A DNA stretch of 64,000 nt from a bacterium (lineage in GTDB: Bacteria > Patescibacteriota > Patescibacteriia > Patescibacteriales > UBA12465): contig DAONYH010000003.1 in NCBI GenBank assembly GCA_035414245.1, positions 17,630 through 81,629 of the forward strand. The letters are read 5' to 3'. A model generated the notes under the pieces. It made no database searches and had not been told where the DNA came from. It saw only the letters and a list, made by a program, of their open reading frames with translations. Made by a program: the position numbers and the translations under genes. Shown here piece by piece: positions 18,017 through 28,683 of this stretch. The stretch's first letter is position 1. Every line of letters starts with the position of its first letter.

Positions 18017-19498
18017 TTAATCATCTATCTTAAAAATTTTTTGCCAAAGACTGCGTCCGGTAAATTCTATTTTTATTTCTTTTATTTCTAAATAATCGTC
18101 TTCCCCGTTTTCCGTCTTGAGCCCGGGAATAGACAACATAAAACTATACTTCCCTTTCTCTCGATAAGTTCCCTTAGTTCTAAATTCAGCTGAAGCAATA
18201 TTCAATTGTCTATCTTTTACATCAAGCGACGGTGTTTGATAATCAAAAATTACATATTCTAAATCATCAGCTAAAACAAAATGACGATCAACTTTTTTTA
18301 ACAAGGGATTAAAATAATCTTCAGCAGATAAAGAAAAAACTCCGTTATTTTCTAAAATCAAATCCGCTTTAGCAAATTTAATTTCCTTTAAATCATTACC
18401 AGAAACAACATATTCAAACTGTTCATAGGGCGCGGAAACAGTAAAGCTTTGCTCACCAAAATAAATATCTTGCAAATTAGCCGGATCAAGAGCTTTAACT
18501 TGTAAATAGTTTGCCTCAGTAAAAACTTTTATCTCGTCTGAAGCGCTAACAGGCCAAAATTTATGAGTAAAAACCATCAAACCAGACGAACTATAGATAT
18601 TATCAATAATAACATCATCGCTAATTTTAATTTCCAACTTATATAAACCAGCTGAAAAATTACCTTCTAAATTTAAAGTCTGTGATTTTTGATTTTGCCA
18701 ATCAACTTTTTCGCCCTCAATAATTACTTCTTTTATCACTTCCTGGTCTTTCGTTAAAATTAATTTAAGTGGACTGTTTTTTGTTTCTGGCGAATAAGCA
18801 CTGAAATTAGTTTTAAATTGCCAAGCACCATCGTTTAGATAAAGCCAAAGAACATGATTACCTCGGAGAGCAATATCTAAGTTAGTGGCTGTTGCTTTGC
18901 TTTTAGTCGATTTAAATTGATAATTAGGATTAAAATTATAAGTGGCTAAACAAGTGGTCACTCCGGATGAACAATCTTTTAAGTCATTATTTTCTAAAGC
19001 AATTAAAAATTGATCAAGGCTTTCGTAATTTTTATTTTTTTGTAGCAAAACTAAATTGTCCTGCTCAATTTTAAACCAAGTATTTTTCAAATCGTCTAAA
19101 ATTTGATTTTTGAGTGGTTGTAAATCATAACGCCAAACTTGTTTATCAACTAAAACACCAGCTTCAATAATTGGCGTCTGATCAGTTAAATTAGAATAAT
19201 AACTAAGTGTGAGTTTGGCTTTCGTAAAAGTGCGGGGGGTAAAAACAGAAAAATAAACCGGGTCGCCTATTAAGCGCGGACGATTATTCTCATCAGATAC
19301 TCTTTCCACGGGGGTGAAATTATAAATAAATCCTTTGCCTGATTGTAAAATACGAGTAAAATCTTTTCGGTAGCTGATATGACCAAAAGGAACAATTTTC
19401 AAAAACAAGAAGATGCCAAAAAATAAAAAAATAAGCAACAACCAAAACCGGCGCATTTTTTGTTGAGGCGTCTTTTTCCCTGATAATAAACAAACCAT
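18017..19498 (-). CDS. Membrane-anchored/exported hypothetical protein (N-terminal TM, roughly 450-aa extracytoplasmic region)
   Basis: 493 aa. N-terminal RRFWLLLIFLFFGIFLFL anchor. The remainder is polar and beta-rich-looking with no motif I recognise. It is separated from rpoC by a terminator. Confidence 0.5.
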   Translation of the reverse strand: MVCLLSGKKTPQQKMRRFWLLLIFLFFGIFLFLKIVPFGHISYRKDFTRILQSGKGFIYNFTPVERVSDENNRPRLIGDPVYFSVFTPRTFTKAKLTLSYYSNLTDQTPIIEAGVLVDKQVWRYDLQPLKNQILDDLKNTWFKIEQDNLVLLQKNKNYESLDQFLIALENNDLKDCSSGVTTCLATYNFNPNYQFKSTKSKATATNLDIALRGNHVLWLYLNDGAWQFKTNFSAYSPETKNSPLKLILTKDQEVIKEVIIEGEKVDWQNQKSQTLNLEGNFSAGLYKLEIKISDDVIIDNIYSSSGLMVFTHKFWPVSASDEIKVFTEANYLQVKALDPANLQDIYFGEQSFTVSAPYEQFEYVVSGNDLKEIKFAKADLILENNGVFSLSAEDYFNPLLKKVDRHFVLADDLEYVIFDYQTPSLDVKDRQLNIASAEFRTKGTYREKGKYSFMLSIPGLKTENGEDDYLEIKEIKIEFTGRSLWQKIFKIDD

Positions 19499-19549
19499 AT
19501 ATCTTATATTTTACGTTATTTTGACCAAAAAAACAATGTATAAAAAATT

Positions 19550-19590
19550 AAAAAAATACTCCCACAATTAATAAGTGAGAGTATTTTTAT
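19550..19590. terminator. Rho-independent terminator downstream of rpoC (bidirectional shape)
   Basis: aaaaaaATACTCccacaattaataagtGAGTATtttta: a 6-bp perfect stem with A/T-run flanks, immediately 3' of the rpoC stop on the minus strand. Confidence 0.5.
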
Positions 19591-19613
19591 CTTTAATATA
19601 AGCTAAATTTTAT

Positions 19614-22600
19614 TTATTTTTCATATTCAGCACGTGGTTTCTTGCCTTTATAACCTGTTCCGGCCGGAATTAGACAACCAATGATAACATTTTCCTTCAA
19701 ACCTTCAAGATAATCAATTTTGCCACTCACCGCGGCATCAATTAAGACCCGTGAAGTTTCTTGGAATGAGGCAGCTGATAAAAAGCTATCGGTTGTTAAA
19801 GAAGCTTTGGTAATACCTAAAAGCAAACGATCACCCTTAGATGCATTCTTCACATTTTTATTAGCTTGGTGAAAAACTTCATCTTCCACTGTTTCACCAG
19901 GTAATAAATTAGTGTCTCCGGCTTCGGTAATGAAATAACGGGAAAACATTTGGCGCGCAATAATTTCCACATGTTTATCATTCAAAGGTTGCCCTTGCGA
20001 AGAATAAACGTATTGGATTTCCTTAATGATATACTTCTGAGTTTCCAGTCGTCCTTTTAATTTATAAAGTTCACGCAAATCTAAGCTACCTTCAGTAAGT
20101 TGCGTACCGCGTTCAACAGTATCGCCATCATTAACTAGCAACATAGTACCTTTCAAAATGGAAAATTCTTTACTCTTATCAACTTCTTTAGTAATACTAA
20201 CATATTTTTCCGTTACTTTTACTTTGCCGGCATCTTTCGCTTTAACTGGATCACCATTAACCTGAAACAAATCAGTATTTTTAGCCACTTTATCGCCATC
20301 CTTCACTAAAACTTTAACTTCTAAATTCTTTTTATCTTTAGCAGTTAGCCCGCTTGCTAATTTAACTTCATTAATCTTTTCCGAAAAATAATATTTATCA
20401 CTTTCTTCGCCCCGATAATGAATGCTTAAAATTTTAGACTGAGGATTATCAACTAAGATTTCCTTGCCATCTTCATCACGAATAATTTTTTGTGCGAATT
20501 GAACTTTGACTTTTCCGGCGACATTAGAAATTAAAGCTTTTTTCTTAGGACTGCGTGCTTCAAAAATTTCTTCCACTCTGGGCAAACCTTGGGTAATATC
20601 ATCTTGACCGGCTACACCACCACCATGGAAAGTTCTCATCGTTAACTGCGTACCCGGTTCACCAATTGATTGAGCGGCAATAACACCAACAGTCGCACCA
20701 ATTTTAACCGGTTGATTATAAGCCAAGTCCCAACCATAACATTTAACACAAACTCCTTTATGAATTTTACAACTTAGAATTGAACGAATGCAGACCTGAT
20801 CAACTTGAGCAGCCTTTAAACTAACAATTGCGTCTTCATTAATAATTTCACCTGCCTTAAGAATGGTTTTTTTATCTTTATCTTTTACATCTTTAGCCAA
20901 GTAGCGACCAATTATTTTTTTGAAGAAATCCTCGCCACTTTGTTCGGCTTCTTGACGAGAAATAACAACACCCTCCTTATCACCGCAATCCTCACTGGAA
21001 ACAATCACATCTTGTGAGACATCAACTAAACGACGCGTTAAATAACCGGCGTTTGCCGTTCTAAGAGCGGTATCGGATAAACCTTTACGCACACCATGAG
21101 TGGAAATAAAATATTCCAGCACACCAAAACCTTTTTTGAAATTTCCCTTAACCGGTAATTCCAAAATTGCTCCCGATGGTGAAGTTACTAAGCCTTTCAT
21201 ACCTAAAATTTGTACTGGCTGTGCCCAAGAACCACGCGCTCCTGAATCAATCATGGAGAAAACCGGTAAAATATCAGTCAAACCCTTCTTACAAACACTG
21301 GCAATTTTATCTTTAGTATTATTCCATTCTTCTACTACTTTAGAATAGCGCTCGCTTTCAGTTAATAAACCATCTTCATATTGTTCTTTTATAACATCAA
21401 TTTTTTTATTGGCTTCCTCAATTAAACGATCTTTCTCCGGTAAATCCGGCAAATCACCAAAGCCCCAGGATAAACCTGATTTGGTAATGAAAGCAAAACT
21501 GCGGTTCTTCAAGTCATCAATAAATTTAACTGTTTCCTCTTCATTATAAAGATGTAAACAATCGCGAATTAAATCTTTTAACTTGCCTTTACCTACAACT
21601 TCATTAATGAAACGTAATTTAGGTGGTAAAATTGAATTAAAAATCAAACGACCAACCGTAGTTTTTAACATTTCACCTTCATGCTTAACAAAGATTGGCT
21701 CATGTAAACCAATAAAATTACCATCATAAGCTAAATAAGCTTCGTCTTCATGATAGAAATGTTTAATGTCTTCTTTTTTTCTGGTTTCAAAATCTTTATC
21801 AACTAAAGTTATATAATATGTTCCCCAAACAATATCTTGGGCAGGCGCAATAATCGGATCACCCGTGGCCGGCTTAAGAAGATTATGAGTAGAGAGCATT
21901 AAATTTTCCGCTTCAGCTCTGGCTTCTTTTGTTAAAGGAACATGAACGGCCATTTGGTCGCCATCAAAGTCTGCATTAAAAGCTGTACAAACAAGCGGAT
22001 GAATTTGGATCGCCTTTCCTTCAATCAAAACCGGACGAAAAGCTTGAATGCCTAAACGATGCAAGGTCGGAGCGCGATTTAACAAAACATAGGCGCCTAA
22101 AATAATCTCTTCCAAAATATCCCAAACTTCATCATGGCCTGCTTCAATATAACGAGAAGCGGAACGAACATTATGAACTATTTCCCTTTTGATTAATTGC
22201 GCAATAATGAATGGTTTGAACAATTCTAAAGCCATGATTTTCGGCAAACCACATTGATCAAGATTTAATTTAGGATTAACCACAATAACGGAACGACCGG
22301 AATAATCAACACGCTTACCTAATAAGTTCTGACGAAAACGACCTTGTTTACCTTTCAAAGTATCAGCCAAAGATTTAAGTTGTCTTTTTTGACCGGTAGA
22401 AGCGGTCACGGTTTTAGTATGACGAGCAGAATTATCAATTAAAGCATCAACTGCTTCTTGAAGCATTCTTTTTTCATTGCGACAAATAACTTCCGGCGCG
22501 TTTAAATCAATTAATTGTTTTAAACGATTATTACGATTGATAACGCGACGATATAAATCATTCAAATCAGAAGCGGCAAATCGTCCTCCATCAAGCGCCA

Positions 22601-23531
22601 CCATCGGTCTTAAATCTGGTGGTACAACCGGCAAAACACTAAGAATCATCCATTCCGGTCTTAAATTATTATTTTTAAAACTTTTTAAAAGTCTAAGTCT
22701 TTTAATAATTTTCTCTTTTTTTGATTCAACTGCATCTTTTAGTTTTTCTTCAAGGTTAGCAATACTTTTTTCTAAATCAATTTTACTCAAAAGTTGACGA
22801 ATTGCATCAGCGCCAATCGCCGCTTCAAAAAGATGACCGAATTTTAGACTTAAATCTTGATATTGTTGTTCAGATAAAATAAGCAGTGGTTTTAAGTCTT
22901 TCAATTCCTTCTGTGTCTGAGCATAGTCTTCATCTAAGCGCGCTATTTTATCTTCTTTTATTTTTAAAGCTTCTTTTAAATCAATTTCTTCTTTTTCTTC
23001 CTTGGCTTTTTTAACTTGATTATTATATTCGTTTTCAATGCTTTTTAATTTACTTTTGTATTCCGCCTTAATTTGATTGATGGCTGCGTTTTTCAAATTT
23101 TCGTCTACATCAATCACAATAAAGCTGGCGTAATATATAACTTTTTCCAAAGATTGAATCCCTAAATTCAAAAGTAAACCAATCTTAGATGATAAACCTC
23201 TTAGAAACCAAATGTGTGAAGCCGGAACCTGAAGATTAATATGACCAAAGCGTTCGCGTCTGACAATACTTCTGGTAACTTCAACGCCGCATTTATCACA
23301 AACAATTCCTTTGTATCTGATTTTTTTATATTTACCGCAAGCGCATTCCCAGTCTTTGGTAGGACCAAAAATCTTTTCACAAAACAAACCATCCTTTTCT
23401 GGTTTTTGTGTGCGATAATTAATTGTTTCCGGACGCAAAACTTCACCGTTTGACCAAGACAAAATTTCCTCCGGACTGGCAAGCTTTAGGCGAACAGCGG
23501 AAAAATCGCTGGTTTTAATTGGGTTTAACAT
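19614..23531 (-). CDS. rpoC: DNA-directed RNA polymerase beta' subunit
   Basis: 1305 aa. Zinc-binding CxxC motifs near the N-terminus, the NADFDGD catalytic motif ([13 protein letters not shown]), and trigger-loop and C-terminal regions. Confidence 0.95.
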   Translation of the reverse strand: MLNPIKTSDFSAVRLKLASPEEILSWSNGEVLRPETINYRTQKPEKDGLFCEKIFGPTKDWECACGKYKKIRYKGIVCDKCGVEVTRSIVRRERFGHINLQVPASHIWFLRGLSSKIGLLLNLGIQSLEKVIYYASFIVIDVDENLKNAAINQIKAEYKSKLKSIENEYNNQVKKAKEEKEEIDLKEALKIKEDKIARLDEDYAQTQKELKDLKPLLILSEQQYQDLSLKFGHLFEAAIGADAIRQLLSKIDLEKSIANLEEKLKDAVESKKEKIIKRLRLLKSFKNNNLRPEWMILSVLPVVPPDLRPMVALDGGRFAASDLNDLYRRVINRNNRLKQLIDLNAPEVICRNEKRMLQEAVDALIDNSARHTKTVTASTGQKRQLKSLADTLKGKQGRFRQNLLGKRVDYSGRSVIVVNPKLNLDQCGLPKIMALELFKPFIIAQLIKREIVHNVRSASRYIEAGHDEVWDILEEIILGAYVLLNRAPTLHRLGIQAFRPVLIEGKAIQIHPLVCTAFNADFDGDQMAVHVPLTKEARAEAENLMLSTHNLLKPATGDPIIAPAQDIVWGTYYITLVDKDFETRKKEDIKHFYHEDEAYLAYDGNFIGLHEPIFVKHEGEMLKTTVGRLIFNSILPPKLRFINEVVGKGKLKDLIRDCLHLYNEEETVKFIDDLKNRSFAFITKSGLSWGFGDLPDLPEKDRLIEEANKKIDVIKEQYEDGLLTESERYSKVVEEWNNTKDKIASVCKKGLTDILPVFSMIDSGARGSWAQPVQILGMKGLVTSPSGAILELPVKGNFKKGFGVLEYFISTHGVRKGLSDTALRTANAGYLTRRLVDVSQDVIVSSEDCGDKEGVVISRQEAEQSGEDFFKKIIGRYLAKDVKDKDKKTILKAGEIINEDAIVSLKAAQVDQVCIRSILSCKIHKGVCVKCYGWDLAYNQPVKIGATVGVIAAQSIGEPGTQLTMRTFHGGGVAGQDDITQGLPRVEEIFEARSPKKKALISNVAGKVKVQFAQKIIRDEDGKEILVDNPQSKILSIHYRGEESDKYYFSEKINEVKLASGLTAKDKKNLEVKVLVKDGDKVAKNTDLFQVNGDPVKAKDAGKVKVTEKYVSITKEVDKSKEFSILKGTMLLVNDGDTVERGTQLTEGSLDLRELYKLKGRLETQKYIIKEIQYVYSSQGQPLNDKHVEIIARQMFSRYFITEAGDTNLLPGETVEDEVFHQANKNVKNASKGDRLLLGITKASLTTDSFLSAASFQETSRVLIDAAVSGKIDYLEGLKENVIIGCLIPAGTGYKGKKPRAEYEK

Positions 23532-23600
23532 AAATATGTAAATGATTATTTAATAATGGAATAAAAATGGAATTTTTATTCAAAGCTTCAAAAGCCGAAT

Positions 23601-26600
23601 TTATTCTTGATCCGTAACTTCATTTTCATTTAAAGTAGCAATAATCTCCGGCTTATCATAATCTAATTTATTTTCTTCGGTTATTTCTTCATCTAAATCA
23701 GTTAAAACTTCCGAAGACGGCGCATCATCAGGACCGCCTAATAATTCAACATTCAAACTCAAACCTTTTAACTCTCTAATTAAAACATTGAAGGATTCAG
23801 GAACATTTAATTTTTCAATTTCTTCACCTTTAATAATTGATTCATAAGCTTTACTGCGACCGGGGATATCATCAGATTTAATCGTTAAAATTTCTTGAAG
23901 CGTATGAGCAGCTCCATAACCTTCCAACGCCCAAACTTCCATTTCTCCAAATCTTTGTCCACCAAACTGCGCTTTACCACCCAAAGGTTGTTGAGTAATC
24001 AAAGAATAAGGGCCAATTGAACGTTGGTGAATCTTATCTTCAACCATGTGGTTGAGTTTCAACATATACTTATAACCAACGGTAATTTTATTATCATAAG
24101 CTTGGCCGGTTTTACCATCATATAAAGTAATTTTTCCATCTTCAGGCAAGCCCGCTTTAATTAATTCTTCCTTGATTTGTTCTTCGGAAATACCGTTTAG
24201 AGCCGGAGACATGGCACGATAACCTAATTTTTTAGCGGCAAAACCAAGATGGGTTTCTAAAAGCTGACCAAGGTTCATACGAGAAATAATGCCGAGCGGA
24301 GAAAGAATAATATCAACCGGTGTTCCATCTTCCATATAAGGCATATCTTCAATCGGCACAATTTTTGAAATAACACCTTTGTTTCCGTGACGACCAGACA
24401 TTTTATCACCAACTTGAATCTTTCTTAGATTAGCAACTGAAACTTGAATGGATTGCAAAACACCAGCTGAAAGTTTATCACCCTCATCACGAGAAAAAAC
24501 TTTTACATCAACCACCTTACCGTGTTCGCCGTGCTCTAAGTATAAAGATGAATCACGAACATCCTTGGCTTTCTCACCAAAAATAGCGCGCAACAATTTT
24601 TCTTCAGCAGATAAAGTTGTTTCTCCTTTCGGAGTAATTTTACCAACCAAAATATCACCACTGGAAACTTCCGCGCCAATACGAATAATACCTTCTTCAT
24701 CTAAATTTTTTAATTTCTCTTCACTGATATTAGGAATATCATTAGTGACAATTTCCGGACCCAATTTTGTATCACGAACATCAATCGTATAATTTTCAAT
24801 ATGAATTGAAGAATAGATATCGTCTTTTACTAAACGTTCGGAAATAATAATCGCGTCTTCATAGTTAAATCCTTCCCAAGTCATGAAAGCGACCAACACA
24901 TTTCTGCCCAAAGACAATTCCCCATTATCAATTGCCGGTCCATCCGACAAAATTTGTCCCTTCTTTACTTTTTCGCCAACTTCCACAATCGGATGTTGAT
25001 TAATACAAGTTGAAGAATTGGAGCGAACAAATTTATTTAAGTTATAAGAAAGGAATTGGCCTTTTTTGGTTTGCATTTCAATCACAGCCGCATCAACTTT
25101 GGTGATAATGCCATCTTCAGCGGCAATAACTAAATGACCACTATCACGCGCCGCTCTTTCTTCAACCCCGGTACCTACAATTGGTGCTTCATTTTTCACT
25201 AAAGGCACAGCCTGACGTTGCATGTTCGTGCCCATTAGTGATCTTTGTCCATCGTTATGTTCCATGAAAGGAATTAAAGAAGTAGCAATAGAAATAATTT
25301 GATTCGCAGCCACCCCAACAAAATCAATATTTTTCACTTCTTCCATGCCCGGCTCGCCATGATAACGAGCTTCATATTTAGAGACTAAAAATCTTCCCTC
25401 TTTGTCAGTGGGAATGGTGGAATCAACAATCACATATTTTTCTTCTTCAAAAGCATCTAAATAAACTATTTCATCAGTTAACTTCGGTCCTTTTTTATCT
25501 TTAATAACACGACGATAAGGAGTTTCTAAAAAGCCGTAACTATTTAAGCGGGCATAGCTTGATAAGTGACCAACTAAACCAATGTTTGGTCCCTCAGGAG
25601 TAGCAATCGGACAAATACGACCATAGTGAGTAGTATGCACATCACGCACATCAAAGCCGGCTCTTTCTCGAGTTAGACCTCCCGGACCCATGGCTGATAA
25701 ACGTCGTTTATGCTCAAGCTCAGCTAGCGGATTAGTTTGATCCATGAACTGTGATAATTGTGAAGACATAAAAAATTCACGCACCACACCAATCACCGGA
25801 CGAGCATTAATGAGTTTAGAAGGAGTTAAAGTCAAAATATCCGAAGTGGACATTCTATCTTTAATAATTCTTTCCATTCTCGCTAAACCAACGCGAAAAC
25901 GATTTTGAATTAAGCCGCCAATCGCGCGGACACGACGATTACCAAGATGATCAATATCATCTTCCGGGTCTTTAGTAATATTTAAACGAATCACTTCTTT
26001 AATAATGAGAACTAAATCTTCTTTGCGTAAAGTGCGGAATTCTTTTTTATTGGTTGGTAAGTCCAAATTAAAACGACGATTTAATTTATAGCGACCAACC
26101 CGACCAAAATCATAACGATCAAAACGGAAAAACATTGATTCAATAAGTTGGCGCGCATTTTCTACTGAAGCTAAATCACCCGGACGAATACGACGATAGA
26201 CTTCTTGTAATCCTTCTGCTGAATCTTTAGCCGCATCTTTTTCAATGGTCGCTTCAATGAAAGTTTTTTCCTCCTTATCATTTTTATCAATCGGTAAATC
26301 AACGTCTTTAAATAATTTAATTAATTCTTCATCGCTGCTATAACCAAAGGCGCGCAGTAAAGAAGTCACAGCCACTTTTCTTTTGCGATCAATTCTTACC
26401 CACAATACTTTATTGGAATCAGTTTCTATTTCCAACCAAGCGCCGCGATTAGGAATAATTTTCGCGCCATAACATTTTTTGCCTTTCACGAATTCAGCGG
26501 TGAACATCACTCCAGCGGAACGAATTAATTGAGAAACTACAACTCGCTCAATACCGTTGATAATAAAAGTCCCCTTATCGGTCATTAAAGGAAAATCGCC

Positions 26601-26960
26601 CAAGAAAACTTCTTGATTAATTGCTTTTTTTGTTTTCTTGTTCAATAATCTCGCCTTAACACGTATAGGGGCCTCGTAGGTAATATTTTTTTCCCGACTT
26701 TCAATTTCGGAAAATTTTGGTTCATCTAAGTAATAATCATCAAAATATAATTCTAAATCACGACCGATAAAATCAACCACTGGGTTTATTTCATCAAAGA
26801 GTTCGGCTAAACCTTCTTTCAAAAACCAAGTGTAGGAATCTTTTTGAATCTCAATTAAATCCGGCATGGGGAGGATGTCATTGATTTCCGAAAATGATTT
26901 GCGCTTAAACTTAGACATAAATATATAGTAATTTTTTAAAAATATATGAAGGAGAAACAA
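23601..26960 (-). CDS. rpoB: DNA-directed RNA polymerase beta subunit (true start probably Met15 of the ORF, near 26918)
   Basis: 1119 aa. Conserved beta regions ([20 protein letters not shown], rifampicin cluster region). It is directly upstream of rpoC on the same strand. Confidence 0.95.
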   Translation of the reverse strand: MFLLHIFLKNYYIFMSKFKRKSFSEINDILPMPDLIEIQKDSYTWFLKEGLAELFDEINPVVDFIGRDLELYFDDYYLDEPKFSEIESREKNITYEAPIRVKARLLNKKTKKAINQEVFLGDFPLMTDKGTFIINGIERVVVSQLIRSAGVMFTAEFVKGKKCYGAKIIPNRGAWLEIETDSNKVLWVRIDRKRKVAVTSLLRAFGYSSDEELIKLFKDVDLPIDKNDKEEKTFIEATIEKDAAKDSAEGLQEVYRRIRPGDLASVENARQLIESMFFRFDRYDFGRVGRYKLNRRFNLDLPTNKKEFRTLRKEDLVLIIKEVIRLNITKDPEDDIDHLGNRRVRAIGGLIQNRFRVGLARMERIIKDRMSTSDILTLTPSKLINARPVIGVVREFFMSSQLSQFMDQTNPLAELEHKRRLSAMGPGGLTRERAGFDVRDVHTTHYGRICPIATPEGPNIGLVGHLSSYARLNSYGFLETPYRRVIKDKKGPKLTDEIVYLDAFEEEKYVIVDSTIPTDKEGRFLVSKYEARYHGEPGMEEVKNIDFVGVAANQIISIATSLIPFMEHNDGQRSLMGTNMQRQAVPLVKNEAPIVGTGVEERAARDSGHLVIAAEDGIITKVDAAVIEMQTKKGQFLSYNLNKFVRSNSSTCINQHPIVEVGEKVKKGQILSDGPAIDNGELSLGRNVLVAFMTWEGFNYEDAIIISERLVKDDIYSSIHIENYTIDVRDTKLGPEIVTNDIPNISEEKLKNLDEEGIIRIGAEVSSGDILVGKITPKGETTLSAEEKLLRAIFGEKAKDVRDSSLYLEHGEHGKVVDVKVFSRDEGDKLSAGVLQSIQVSVANLRKIQVGDKMSGRHGNKGVISKIVPIEDMPYMEDGTPVDIILSPLGIISRMNLGQLLETHLGFAAKKLGYRAMSPALNGISEEQIKEELIKAGLPEDGKITLYDGKTGQAYDNKITVGYKYMLKLNHMVEDKIHQRSIGPYSLITQQPLGGKAQFGGQRFGEMEVWALEGYGAAHTLQEILTIKSDDIPGRSKAYESIIKGEEIEKLNVPESFNVLIRELKGLSLNVELLGGPDDAPSSEVLTDLDEEITEENKLDYDKPEIIATLNENEVTDQE

Positions 26961-27157
26961 GGAAAAACTAAAAATGATAAAAAAATGAACAAAAATTTAG
27001 CCAACTTTAAAATAAAAAATTTTAGTAGGATTTAAATAAAAAAACCCCCACCCCAAATAGGCTTGAGTTTTTTAAAATATTTAATTTATTCCTTGTTTAT
27101 ATATCACTTTTTTTATTTAAAAAAGTGTAAGCTGGTATTATAATATTATAATCTTAT

Positions 27158-28597
27158 CTATTTGTCAATACACATTTTGTCCACAATTGCCCGTCTTAGC
27201 TCTTCTCTGTCATCCCAGGGCATTTTTTGCCCTCTGGCTAAACAAATATATTGTTCAGCGCCCTTGCCGGTTAAAAGCACTAAATCATCTTCTTGGGCTA
27301 ATTCTAGAGCTTTTTTAATGGCTTCACGACGATCTAAAATTTTAAATAAATTCTTATCTTTAATTTTCCCAGCCATTTCAGCGCCGGCTGCGACTTGATT
27401 GATAATTTGAGCCGGTTCCTCGTCATAGGGGTCTTCATTGGTAATAATTACGATTTGCGCTCTTTCCGCTGCTAAGCGACCTAAAATTGGACGTCGCGAC
27501 TTATCACGACCACCACCCGTTGAGCCTAAAATATGGATTAAACGACGATACGGAATAGCTTTAATAGTCTCATATAATTTTTCCAACGCTTTTGGTTCAA
27601 AGGAATAATCAACCATAGCAATAAAATTTTGTCCTTCCTTAATTAACTCCATCTTCCCTGCTAAAGATGTTACACTCTCTAAACCTAATTTAATTGTTTC
27701 TTTATTTAAACCATGACTTAAAGCAACACAGTAAGCAGCAAGGGCATTTAAAGCATTAAAATTCCCCAGCAACTGCAAATTAAAATTTTCCGAACCAATG
27801 GCAAATTTTACTCCTGACAAATCTCCTTCCTCTTCATTTTTAAATTCCGCTTTAACTAAAAACATCTCTTTAACTAAAGATTCACTGGATAAATTTTTCG
27901 TTACTTTCTCTAATTCAAGTTCTGGATTAAAAGAATAAATAATTTTTACTTCACTCCAAAAATTTAAAAAATAATCAGCCTGTTCATCATCACCGTTAAC
28001 AATAATAGTTTTTTTAACTCGTTCCCGTTCTAATTTTTTTAAACCATTCTTAACCGCACAAACTTTTTTATTCTCATCAATGTATTTATTTTTAAAATGT
28101 TTTAAATGAGCGAATAACTTTCCTTTCGCTTCTTTATATTTTTCAAAACTACCATGTGCTTCAATATGCTCCGGATAAAGGCCGGTAAAAACCAGGGTGT
28201 CATAATTTATAAATCGATGGCGAAACTGTTTAATGCCTTCCGAAGTTGTTTCCACGATTGCATAACAACAACCGTTCTTTACCATCTGTTTTAATATTTT
28301 TTGAATAAAAAACCGACCCGGCATGGTCATTTTTTTGTCATTCAACCATTCTTTATTGCCATCAGAAAAAATCGCGGTAGAAGTTAAACCGGTTTTATAA
28401 CCAGCCTGCTCAAATACTTTTTTTATTAAATAAGCAGTGGAAGTTTTCCCCGCTGTACCGGTCACACCTACGACAATTAATTTACGACTGGGAAAAAAAT
28501 AAATCACAGCCGCTAAAAAACTTAACAGAAAATGATAAGTCGGTTGAAGCGCTTTAAATATTTTTTTAGGAATTAATTTTTTTATTTTTTCTGTCAT
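27158..28597 (-). CDS. Mur ligase family protein, MurE-like (UDP-MurNAc-dipeptide amino-acid ligase) with an N-terminal hydrophobic segment
   Basis: 479 aa. P-loop VGVTGTAGKTSTAYL of the Mur ligase central domain. C-terminal ITNEDPYDEEP resembles the MurE/MurT TxDNPRxEDP motif. Substrate specificity is not determinable by eye. Confidence 0.55.
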   Translation of the reverse strand: MTEKIKKLIPKKIFKALQPTYHFLLSFLAAVIYFFPSRKLIVVGVTGTAGKTSTAYLIKKVFEQAGYKTGLTSTAIFSDGNKEWLNDKKMTMPGRFFIQKILKQMVKNGCCYAIVETTSEGIKQFRHRFINYDTLVFTGLYPEHIEAHGSFEKYKEAKGKLFAHLKHFKNKYIDENKKVCAVKNGLKKLERERVKKTIIVNGDDEQADYFLNFWSEVKIIYSFNPELELEKVTKNLSSESLVKEMFLVKAEFKNEEEGDLSGVKFAIGSENFNLQLLGNFNALNALAAYCVALSHGLNKETIKLGLESVTSLAGKMELIKEGQNFIAMVDYSFEPKALEKLYETIKAIPYRRLIHILGSTGGGRDKSRRPILGRLAAERAQIVIITNEDPYDEEPAQIINQVAAGAEMAGKIKDKNLFKILDRREAIKKALELAQEDDLVLLTGKGAEQYICLARGQKMPWDDREELRRAIVDKMCIDK

Positions 28598-28683
28598 AAA
28601 ATAGCAATAATCACCTTAACAAAACAATCTGTATTAACAAATAACATTATCAATCGCACTAATATTTATTATTTAGATATTTA

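Noticed and set aside
21100-24792. Several 70-114-aa ORFs inside rpoC and rpoB on the plus strand
   Set aside because: They lie antisense within highly conserved RNA polymerase genes. They have no start context and no recognisable features.
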